From positions 992,001 to 1,056,000 of the forward strand of contig OX337233.1 of NCBI GenBank assembly GCA_946965045.2: a stretch of 64,000 bases of DNA, read 5' to 3'. Positions 54,521 to 64,000 of the stretch are shown one piece after another. The stretch's first letter is position 1, and the number at the start of each line of letters is the position of its first letter. The notes under the pieces are model-generated. The model saw only the letters and a list, made by a program, of their open reading frames with translations, was not told the DNA's origin and did no database searches. The position numbers and the translations under genes were made by a program. Source of the stretch: Epithemia pelagica. Taxonomy: Eukaryota > Protista > Bacillariophyta.

Positions 54521-55894
54521 CCCTCGGTATCAGTGTCCACTGCTTAGCTGTTTTTTGTCTGTGCCACCTTCACAGGTTCCCAAGTGGACACAGACATCAT
54601 TTTTCGCTTTTGATGCAAATAGAAATTATCAAATTGCAAATTGGCACGCATGCCCAGCTGAATTTTTCGACGTTTGAAACGGACGCAAGCCCAACAAGCG
54701 TCCCCTGCGTGGATGACGGTTGGTTGTTGCATAATTCGGGGCAAGCTCACAATTCCCTTTTCTTTTGCCAAAGCACATCGTACTTACTACTTACGAATGT
54801 TACTGGCTTTCCAGGTGAGCTTGATCCATTGCCAAGTGCCATGTTGTCAATTACATCAGTCATGCTCACTGCCACTTGCCACTTTTGTTTGCTCTGCTTG
54901 TGAAAGACGCTACTCATCTGTTTAGTTGCTGGGCAGCTCATTACGTGCCATTGTTCATTCTTGTCAAACAGAAATGACTGGTTTTTGCTCAGCCCCATAA
55001 CTTTGATTGCATTAAAATACATACTCTATACTCTAGACCTTCTTTTGTTTATTTACTAGTAGTAGAACGCCAGTGCTTGTCATCCATGAGACTTTTGAGC
55101 CTTCTGAATTCGTGAATTTGTTGCAGCTCTGTTCTTTGTTTTGAGCACGACGATGACCCTCAGTTTCGGTATGAAAACACAACAGAACAGCTCTCACAAG
55201 CTTGTACCGCTCACTTTGAGCACTTTGTGTCGACTACCTAGGTAGGATATGATAATTGGTCAGTAGGGTGTGGCAAGATGGCTTCCCATCTATTTGATGA
55301 AAAAACAACATTGTTGAGAAACGATTGAGAATGACGCTATGATGAGAGACGAGAGTGAATAATCTATCCTATAGAGCATATGACAGTAGCCAAAAAACAA
55401 TCAAACAACAAACGATTACGACAAGGAAAAGATATTCCAGTTGACATTTGGCGGCTTGTCATCTACTCGTACGAAATGAGACAAAAGTAAAGGATCATGC
55501 AAGAACAATAGGAAAGACAGCTGCAGCAGTGATGCATGAGAAAAAGGGAAAAGAGACAACAAGATAAGTAATAAGCAGCAATAGAGAGAAACGGTTCAGT
55601 CCAGCATGATCCATCCATTGTTCTCACCTCACCCCCGTCATGGTCAAGCATTTGGCTCGGTTTTGGGTTTTTGTGACAGGTGTGATGGATGCCCAAATTT
55701 GAATCGTGGTGATCCGGCGAGGACAACCACCAACCGTCAACTGTCACTTGCACGCTGGCCTTGCTTCAACCCTGAGGAATTTTAATGGTTAGACAGACAG
55801 ACGAAAAACGAAAAATGCTGTCTGTGTCCACTTGGGAACCTGTGAAGGTGGCACAGACAAAAAGCAGCTAAGCAGTGGACACTGATACCGAGGG
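54521..55894. mobile_element. Non-autonomous TIR element (1374 bp) with CCCT...AGGG ends (piggyBac-like termini)
   Basis: TIRs of about 86 bp, ccctcggtatcagtgtccactgcttagctg...catttttcg (54521-54606 and 55809-55894), with about 2 mismatches. No TTAA or other TSD is visible and there is no transposase ORF. Confidence 0.7.
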
Positions 55895-55940
55895 TATCCG
55901 AAAGTCCTTCTAAATGTTTCTCTAAAAGTCCCTCATTTCC

Positions 55941-56126
55941 CTATTCCCTTACATCACTCCCACGTTCGACAAGAGATGCTTGAGTCGCTTTTGCGATATC
56001 TGCATCAGGATCACCCAGTGGAATATTTTCATTTCGTACAGGCGTACTAAAAAGTTTTTCAAGAGATGCTTGAATCCCTTTTGCGATAGCCTCATCGTCG
56101 AAGAAGTCGTCATCAGCCATGGCCAT
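55941..56126 (-). pseudogene. Fragment with two UIM-like motifs
   Basis: DDEAIAKGIQASLE and DADIAKATQASL resemble ubiquitin-interacting motifs. The frame has stops just upstream. Confidence 0.4.
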
Positions 56127-56269
56127 GCATACCTTGAGGATTTAGACCTGATTCGCCGCTCGATCGATTCCAAATTCGTCGTGGATGCCTTATGCTTCAA
56201 GATCTTGAGACTCGTCTCACGATGATCCCTTAGTTTCCATGTTCTCTCTCTTGCGTGTCAGTCGAACAC

Positions 56270-56900
56270 AAGTACAGTTGCGGTTTGCAATGAAGATCGA
56301 AACATTGTTGTAATGGGTGTATGCAACATGAGGGAATTCTCGCGTCTGACGTCGGTTGATATCATTGATACCAGCAATCGGACTTACATTGCTCACGACC
56401 GATTCATAGTGCTGCTGATGGGTGGATGCAACACTCGCCGAGTTGCAGAAGTCCTGCCTTTGGTGGTGAAGTGTCTTTGGATTTGAACCAGTGGAGGAGG
56501 ACAGGGGAGGATCTCCAACAAGCATTGGACGATTTGCACTAGTCGAGTGTTGCATCCACCCATCACGACAATGTTTCGATCGCGACAGAATGTTCCGCTG
56601 TTGCGGTTTTCGCAATTGATATATTGTTGTGATGGGTGGATACAACATGGGGAATTCTCGCGTTTGACATCGGTTGATATCATGGATACCAGCAATCAGA
56701 CTGCCATTGCGGGGCCAAGCAATTGGCGTGGACAGTTTGGTGAAATCAGAAAGCATCTCCAAGAAACATTAGACGACTTCCACTCGTGGAGTATTGCATC
56801 CGGCCATTTCCACAATGAATCGATTGTGAACCGCAACCGAATGTTGTACTGTTCCATTCTGTTGCGGCTCGCAATCGTACATTGTGGTAATTGGTGACAG
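56270..56900 (+). pseudogene. Degenerate Kelch mosaic with two hairpins and an inserted TPM-RING tail
   Basis: Shares blocks with 10665-10860 and 63100-63290. Stems at 56548-56647 and 56806-56891. Confidence 0.8.
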
Positions 56901-57289
56901 GAACACTCGACGTCTTGCCTTTGGTGGTGGAGTGTCTTTGGAGGGGCCTGGAGGAGGAGAGGGTGATTGATGGTGAAGCAAACGCATGGACCCTCTATTG
57001 GGGTGTGTGGCGTTGCACCATATGTTGTGTTGTTCTTCTTAAGAGTGGTCTATAAAACAGAAGAATAGACTTAAGTGATAACTCTATCTAGGATCGTGGA
57101 CCGATCGATCAAACGCATGTACCTAATCTCCACTTTGCACTTTATAAAAAGTGCGAGTTCAAGGGAATGGTCCTGGCATGGAAGGACTTTCCCATGAACG
57201 GCAGCAACATCGAGCGGATGACACCGTAGATTCCTTTAAGCATGCCATCTCCCTGTCAAAAACATCCAAAGTGAGGATAGGCGACACCC

Positions 57290-58821
57290 TCACCTGGCGA
57301 TACAAATTTGGAGAGTATCCGCCATCGAAGGGTCGATTGAGTACGCTTTTCTGTAGACTGCTTGAAAAAATGGATGCTTTGCTCCTTTGAAAGACACATC
57401 AAACAGTAATCCTGGTAGTTCACCTATAAATCCATTGGAGCACCGGTTCGCCTCCGCCATGTAGCCGAATTCGGGGCATTCCGCGCGACACCAAAGGGGA
57501 TCCTCCATCGTCTCACATGTATACTTGTGCGTCAAGGGATGAATGACAGTTTCCGTAAGGAGCGCTTCCCCATTGCAACCAACAAATATATCGTCTTTGT
57601 ATTTTGCAAACTCCCGCAAAAAGAACGGTCAAAGATTGTGAACAAAGCAGATTAGTTTGGAGTGCGGAGCAAGCTCAGAGATTCTGGCGTGAAATGGAAT
57701 GCCAGAGGTAACACTATGAGCCATGGCACGGGTCTCCATGTCGGTCGAGTGCCCGTGTGAATAGAGACCCAACAGACGGAAAAGTCTAGTACATCGAGCC
57801 CACCCAGATCCACCCATATAATTGTAGCCGACCGTCACGACGCTTGCCCATCCACGGCCAGTACTGGATCTTCGGTGGTCCGGTTCCAGATTGACAGCCC
57901 AGTTCGCCATGGCGTGGATCTTAGGGTGAGCAACAGCGCTGACTAGCCAGTGACAAATGGTCAAGTGTCCTTGAGGATCCTCAATCACCTCATCGTCAAG
58001 CTGGATGTGTACCACTCGCTTGGATTGCAAATCAATGTTCACAGATAGCTCTTTGGTAACCCTATATTGGCCGTTTCTAATGTGGGCAAAGTCGTTCACT
58101 TCAAAAACGGCGACTTGGCTATCTGACTCCAATCGTCCATGATAGAAAATCGCAGGTCCACATTCCAGAACAAGTTGAGCCGCCAAATATGCATAGTCCG
58201 GAATCGGGTGACGCACAAATCCCCAAGTGATCAGCTTTTGCCGAATCGCAAGAGGGATCAAAATGCGCAGTGCTAAGTAGCATGCGTTGGGATACACAAG
58301 GAGATGAAACTTGCAAAAGTCCCAAAAAGAAAGGTGAATATGGTCAAGGTCGAGACGACTTGAGCACCGCAACAACATTCTGGTGTCCTTTCTTGAGAGC
58401 TTCCCGCCAAACTCCTTTTCAATATAAGCAAACTCCTGGCTCAAGGATTGATCTTCCTCTCCTTTAATTTTGCTGTTTGAAAGCTCCGAAAAAGAACTGC
58501 TAGAACGAGCCAATCTTCGAAGAGTTGCAGCACTTTCCGAAAGTCGTTGCCTTTGAGAACCAGAAGAAAGTCTCTTTATTGTTGTGGAGCTTCGTCCCGA
58601 GGATGACAATCTAAAATAACGTGAGGCACGTCTCCAAAGGACGGCGATTTCTCCGAGCTCCGCGTAGTGCGGTGCTTCATGTCCACCTTCCAGTAGTTGT
58701 ACAGGTATATCCCAAACCAAAGCAAGCAGATCAATGTCATAAAAAGTGATGAAGCAGCGAGTAGCACAACGTTGCTCCATTCACTCGGAGCCACAGAATC
58801 AACCAACCGATGAATCTGCAT
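57290..58821 (-). pseudogene. Uncharacterised protein with N-terminal TM segment, disrupted by a frameshift (about 58630) and an in-frame TGA (57629-57631)
   Basis: Three consecutive ORF pieces (81, 383 and 109 aa) join into one natural-looking protein: TM LFMTLICLLWFGIYLY, AVAHPKIHAMANW, TVIHPLTH, C-terminal ADTLQICIAR. Confidence 0.6.
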
Positions 58822-59271
58822 CGTCGAGGGGAATGATCAAATGGCATATCGCCGTTGTTTCGTTGCTTCGGACATGTTGCTTCGAATAGAGGCAAAGGAA
58901 GACGACATCATAGATCGAAGGAAATAGGACATGCATCTACAAGAGGTAGGTAGATGATAGATGATAGATGATGATGATGCTTTATCGCTAGACAGACATT
59001 CTAGATTCCAAAGCAAATTTTAAGTGGGAAGAATGGCGACACTTCGAAAGACATTCTCCGATTCAGCAATTGAAGTAACCCGATACCGTACTCGTAGTTG
59101 TATTGTAGGGCTCATATCCCGCTCATAACCTAATGAAAAATGAAAACCGTTGTGTTCCGACAAAAAAACAAAAAACCCAACCGAAAATTTCTCAACGCCC
59201 AACTGCCCAACGCCGGAAAAGCTCCACCTCCACCGTCCACAGTGTCGTACCATCGACATTGGGTTGGGGGC

Positions 59272-60020
59272 ATGACCAATGATGAACAAGCATGGCAGTC
59301 GGGCTTGTCCTTTGAACCAACATGGAAGGAAAAAGACTGGCCTCTGGAGGGTTGGCTACATGCTTCGGTCGACCTGGATCATCCAGATAAAGACAACAAC
59401 AAGGGACAAACAGTCATAGTGCTGGCAGGAATTCGAGATGACGGCTGGCCCACCAATTCCGTACATGGATTGAATTTGACAGAACCACGCAAGGAGTGGC
59501 GAAATGGACCACCCATGAACATGACACTTGCGGACCATACCGCTATGGTCTGCATCGGATGAATTTTCGTGATTGGAGGATTCGATCACGGTACGAGTTG
59601 AGATTGTATTGATTGGCGTGGACAGTCGCCAAGCATTTCCAATAAGCATTGAATGACTGGCACTTGTCGAGTGCTGCATCCACACACTACTTCAATGTAT
59701 CGATTGCGTGCGCTGTTGCGGTTCGCAATCGATTCATTGTGGTAAGGGTGGATGCAACATGAGGGAATTCTCGCGTTTGTCGTTGGCTGATATCATTGAT
59801 GCCAGCAATCACACTGTCATTGCTGGGCCAAGCATGACCGTTCTTGACCCAGCATGACCGTTCTTGGCCCAGCAGTGACAGTGTGATTGCTGGTATCGAT
59901 CAGTAAGCCAACGCATGTCTCTTTGTCTTGTCTTACAGTGTATCACTTACATAGAGGTTGCCTACATCAGACATCAGAGATGTGAAATGCACGCCCAGCT
60001 CATTTTTCTGGACATCGCAT
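59272..60020 (+). pseudogene. Degenerate Kelch copy with two fold-back structures
   Basis: MTNDEQAWQSGL...KGQTVIVLAGIRDDGW...WRNGPPMN matches 62714 onward. TGA at 59560-59562. Stems at 59675-59756 and 59795-59900, then a jump to the intron region of the parent gene. Confidence 0.85.
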
Positions 60021-60170
60021 AGGAGTGATGTCTGTCTAATAGAGAGGACTACACGTAAGGTACACCCCAGAGCCCCAGAACTATCGAGCGCGATTTTTGT
60101 GTGAACTGTCACTGTCACCTCGATTGTTTTCGTTTGACAGCCTCCTCCGTGACAGCTTATTGATGGTAGA

Positions 60171-61166
60171 TTGTTATTCGCTGCAACGATGGCCCCATCA
60201 ATAGCTACCGCCGGCATTGTGATCAACACCTCGATCAACGTCACAAATGCTGTGAACAAACTCTGGAGCAGTGGGACGAGAGAGAGCACAAAGGCAGTAG
60301 AGATTCGCAACTTGTCTCTCAAACAGCACATCCTGCCGGAGCGAGCAGAGAAGGAGCTCCACTATATAAAGACTCGGCTCATGGAGTTTATCCGATCGGC
60401 CTACACCTCGGAAACACGTGGGAATTCGCATGTTGTTTATGCACCATCATCCGTTGGTAAAACCACAGCGTGTAGAGCCATTATGGAATTTGAGGCAAAA
60501 GGTAAAAACATCCAGGCACTGACGATCACGGGGGCGCAAAAGAATCTACCATACAATGCGCACTTGGCCATGGTACTCAAAGCGGAGAAGGAAGAAGACA
60601 TACTGGTCGACCTCATGAATGGTATGAGATCTCTTCCGCCAAAACCAGCATCTATTCTGATTCTTGACGAGCTGAACGATGCTGGTGTCGAAAACTGCAA
60701 CATTCTTCTGGTCGATGCCTTGATGAGATTCATTTATGAGCAGCGTCAGAGAATTCATCTCATTGCAGTGACACAGAATCCAATTGTGGCGGACGAACTC
60801 TGCAGGTTGAACCAGTGGCAGAAAATCGCTCCTTTGGATGGTTTGACGAAGCCAACAAGACTACAGGTCCAGAGAAAGGAGGCTGAACCACCGGGAAAAC
60901 GACGAAGAGATTTCTTGGGATGACAAAGCCTTGGAATGGTCGCTTGAAAACTTGACAAAATTCGTCGAGACTCAGTTCAAGGGCCATGGTTTGAAAAAGG
61001 CGGTGCATACTCTGAAAAGGACGACATTATCACTTGGCTTGAACCCGGAATGACACCTACTGCAGCGGAGCAGGTGGCGGAAAAAGTGCTGGAAGCAGAG
61101 AGGCACAAGAAGAGTAAGGAAGCAGGAAAGGTAGACGATCCTTTCGCGACTTTTTTGTCAGAATAA
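60171..61166 (+). pseudogene. P-loop NTPase (AAA-like) with two compensating frameshifts near the 3' end
   Basis: Walker A YAPSSVGKTT and Walker B ILILDELN. An extra G near 60893 and a missing T near 60990 bracket a +1-frame segment (ENDEEISWDDKALEWSLENLTKF). The original frame resumes to TAA 61164-61166. Confidence 0.65.
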
Positions 61167-61174
61167 TAAGATGG

Positions 61175-61710
61175 CCAACGCCATCATCGTCAACAAAAGT
61201 GGCTTTGATCGTGTTGGGAGGAATTCAAGATGACGGCTGGGCCACCAATTCCGTACGTCGACTGGATTTTACGAACCACGTAAGCAGTGGCGAAATGGAC
61301 CACCCATGAACATGAGGCTTACGGACCGTGCAGCTGTGGTCTGCAACGGAGGAGTTTACGTGATTGGAGGATTCGATCGCGGTACAAGTTTAGATTGTAT
61401 TGAATGGCTTGGCGTGGACAGTTTGGTGCAATCACCAAGCATCTCCAACAAGCATTGGACGACTGCCACTCCTCAAGTGCTGCATCCTCCAATTACGGCA
61501 ATGTATCGATTGCGACAGAATGTTGCGCTGTTGCGGTTCGCAATCGATTCCTTGTGGTAATGGGTGGATGCAACATGAGGGAATTCTCGCGTTTGTCGTC
61601 GGTTGATATCCTTGATACCAGCTCAAACAGAGGCTACCTACATCAGAGATATGAATTGCACGCCCAGCTCGTTGTTCTCGACATGGCATTGCTACCTTTG
61701 GAGATTATGT
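61175..61710 (+). pseudogene. Degenerate Kelch copy with hairpin, followed by TPM-RING tail and 3' flank (61755-62150)
   Basis: WRNGPPMNMRLTDRAAVVCNGGVYVIGGFDRGTSLDCIEW matches the open gene. Stem at 61478-61575. Confidence 0.85.
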
Positions 61711-62713
61711 AAATCCGGGTAGTTTCTCTCAACTCAAGGCATCGGATTGGTACCCGGCGACTAGCAGTCATCCTGTCTTTGGTGGTGGTGGTGGTGGTGG
61801 AAGTTCCCTTGGAGGGGGGAACCAGTGGAGGAGGACAGGTTTGCCGATGGTGAATCAAACGCAGGGAATCTGTATGGGGGTGCGTGGCCTTGTGCCATGT
61901 TGTGTTAGAGTGGTCTATAACAGAAGAATGGAGTAAGCGATAACTACATCTAAAGACGATATCAGTGCGGGCCGATCGATGCAATGAAACTATTCTTCCT
62001 TTTCAGCTCGTCTACACTTTGCACTTTATAGAAATCTCGAGTTCAACGGAATGGTCCCGACATGGAAGGACCTCCCATGCACGGTGGCAGGATCATTCGG
62101 ATGACTGTGTAGATTCCATTGAGCATGCCACTTTCTGTCAACGGAGCCACAGGGAATAATCAACCAACGTTTTGGATTATCGGGAGGGCTTTGGAAGCAG
62201 AATAAGGCATCCTTGTTGTATAAGGTGGAAAGTTGGCTGACTGCGGTGGTGGTGGTGGTGTCGTCTATAGGGTAAAATTTGTGTGAGCCACCCCCCATTA
62301 CTCTACCTAGTCGGCCGGTAGATCTCATGTCTCATTCCATCACCGTCCACCACCGCAACAACAAGGACTTTGACACTAGTGGTTGTCTCTATAAACACAT
62401 GTAACAGTATTTTAGGCAGAGAGAGTCCGTAGGGTCGTTAACAGAAACTACAAACTATGCACCCCCATAACCCAGAACTACCTACTACTCATATGAAATC
62501 GATGCTATCGGAAGCAAATTTCCAAAATCCATCAACTACGGAAGGTACATCCATTTCAACTCTTTTGGGGAATATATGCTTTGGCAACGTGCACCGCTCA
62601 TGGTGGTGCGCCGTCAGCCAACGGACGGGTTTCCTCTTCAACACAACATAGTTTGGGGCTACCTTGCCGTCCCCATCAATCCTGCAGGTGACATACAAGG
62701 TGAATGAGCAATA

Positions 62714-64000
62714 ATGTCACTCCAGAACTATGCATGGCAGTCGGGGCTTGTCCTTTTGGAGCCAAAATGGAATGAAAACGACTGGCCGCATCTGGAGGGT
62801 GGAGGGCGTTGGATGTACGCTTCGGTTGTGCTGGATCATCTCGATCAAGACAACAACAAAGGACAAACAGTCGTGGTGTTGGGAGGAATTCGAGATGACG
62901 GCTGGGCCACCAATTCCGTACATGTATTGAATTTGTCAGAACCACGCAAGCAGTGGCGAAATGGGCTACCCATGAACAAGAGACTTGTGGACCATGCAGC
63001 TGTGGTCTGCAACGGAGGAGTTTACGTGATTGGAGGATTCGATCATGGTACGAGTTTAGATTGTATTGAATGGCTTGACGTGGACAGTTTGGTGCAATCA
63101 CCAAGCATCTCCAACAAGCATTGGACACCATTGAATTGTCGATTGTCAACAGGACATCATGAATGTTGCGCTGTTGCGGTTCGCAATCGATACATTGTGG
63201 TAATGGGTGGATACAACATGAGGGAATTCTCGCGTTTGTCGTCGGTTGATATCATTGATACCAGCAATCAGACTGTCGTTGCTGGGCCAACCATGACCGT
63301 TCCTCGATCATCCTGTGCCAGTGCAGTTGTTGGCCACCGTATCTTTGTCGTTGGCGACTCGGAGAAGTTCCCGGTGGAGTATTTGTTCTTTTCAGCGCCT
63401 TGTGACAATGAGGAGACAAAAAAGGAGACTGTTTCTACAGCCATTTCCTTCCCGTTCGCTTGGACACGTCTCCCCGATTTAGGGCTTTCTGTCCAACCGG
63501 ATCATCCTGCAGTGGTTGCGGTCGGATCCTGTCTGGTTGTGGCGCAAAAAGGCACATCCGTGAAAATCTTCGATACTCGTAGATACCGCCACCATGTGTG
63601 GAGTCTTCCTCCACTCGAAAAAGCCCTTACTAGGGGATTTACTCTGTTGACTGTGGACAGTCAAATCGCAGGGATTGGTGGACGTGGCAATCCGTCGTGT
63701 GCAACATTAGGACTAATGGACAAGAAGACGTGGTGTTTTTGTCAACTCCGTGAGCATGCCCCGAACGAATGGTTTGGTATGGCGAAATCAACTCGATCAA
63801 AGGTAAAACGCAGCCATCGAACAGAGTTCCGACAAACAATTATAATGGTACGTCGCATTTTTGCATGCATCGATTTGTTGGTCTCAGTGACAAGCCGACT
63901 CATGTATCTTTGTCTTGTCTTACGGTGTATCACTGACACACAGGCTGCCTACCTGAGAGATGCCAATTGCACGCCTAGCTCGTTGTTCTCGGCATTGCAT
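62714..64000 (+). CDS. Kelch-repeat beta-propeller protein, open to the window end (missing from the ORF track because it has no stop); probable intron 63848-63943
   Basis: ATG at 62714 then MSLQNYAWQSGLVLLEPKW...TVVVLGGIRDD...WRNGLPMN...AAVVCNGGVYVIGGF...AVAVRNRYIVVMGGYN...AGPTMTVPRSSCASAVVGHRIFVVG, with no stop to 64000. The intron has atg|gtacgt and acacag|gct boundaries. Confidence 0.88.
   Translation, partial: MSLQNYAWQSGLVLLEPKWNENDWPHLEGGGRWMYASVVLDHLDQDNNKGQTVVVLGGIRDDGWATNSVHVLNLSEPRKQWRNGLPMNKRLVDHAAVVCNGGVYVIGGFDHGTSLDCIEWLDVDSLVQSPSISNKHWTPLNCRLSTGHHECCAVAVRNRYIVVMGGYNMREFSRLSSVDIIDTSNQTVVAGPTMTVPRSSCASAVVGHRIFVVGDSEKFPVEYLFFSAPCDNEETKKETVSTAISFPFAWTRLPDLGLSVQPDHPAVVAVGSCLVVAQKGTSVKIFDTRRYRHHVWSLPPLEKALTRGFTLLTVDSQIAGIGGRGNPSCATLGLMDKKTWCFCQLREHAPNEWFGMAKSTRSKVKRSHRTEFRQTIIMVRRIFACIDLLVSVTSRLMYLCLVLRCITDTQAAYLRDANCTPSSLFSALH

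Noticed and set aside
55895-55935. Possible degenerate partner TIR for the repeat at 46745 (shared ccgaaagtc and tctctaaaa-like patches)
   Set aside because: Only about 9 bp match exactly and no TSD is evident. Too weak to call a 9-kb element.
57629-57631. In-frame TGA as selenocysteine or programmed readthrough
   Set aside because: The same gene also has a frameshift, the context fits a CGA-to-TGA transition, and no SECIS can be supported by eye.
58945-58980. (TAGATGA)n / (GAT)n run
   Set aside because: Ordinary short microsatellite in intergenic DNA with no further structure.
62489-62698. 69-aa minus-strand ORF upstream of the open Kelch gene
   Set aside because: It has an alternative start only, is short, and shows no recognisable family.
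1-64000. rRNA, tRNA, telomeric repeats or prokaryotic operon/defence systems
   Set aside because: None recognised. Genes have spliceosomal introns and no telomere-like tandem array is present.

Overview
Eukaryotic DNA with short GT-AG introns; the gene and transposon content points to a pennate diatom (inference). The window opens with the 3' end of a tyrosine-recombinase (Ngaro-like) retroelement (1-1483). Three intact genes follow: an SLC4 bicarbonate transporter with two TGACGTCA motifs upstream, REI1/ZNF622, and a TPM+RING protein. From about 9.4 kb onward the region is rearranged and decaying. It is dominated by a 10.8-kb inverted duplication (9957-20794 / 35905-46744). The outer breakpoint of that duplication sits at the loop of a DNA hairpin. 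The inner breakpoint fuses a linker-histone (H15) gene in frame to a Crinkler-like NTPase + nuclease gene. The 15-kb spacer holds a broken PPR gene, a small gene, a Harbinger-type MITE, and a Mutator-like element containing a near-intact Copia. Further right are a Copia nested in a gag remnant, a TIR element and several pseudogenes. A Kelch-repeat family has one open copy (62714 to the window end) and several degenerate copies. In those copies a weak quasi-palindrome of the intact gene has become a strong 25-38 bp hairpin, amplified about ten times. The best candidates for new biology are the Kelch hairpin array and the H15::NTPase-nuclease chimera. All alignments and counts were done by eye; no database searches were run.
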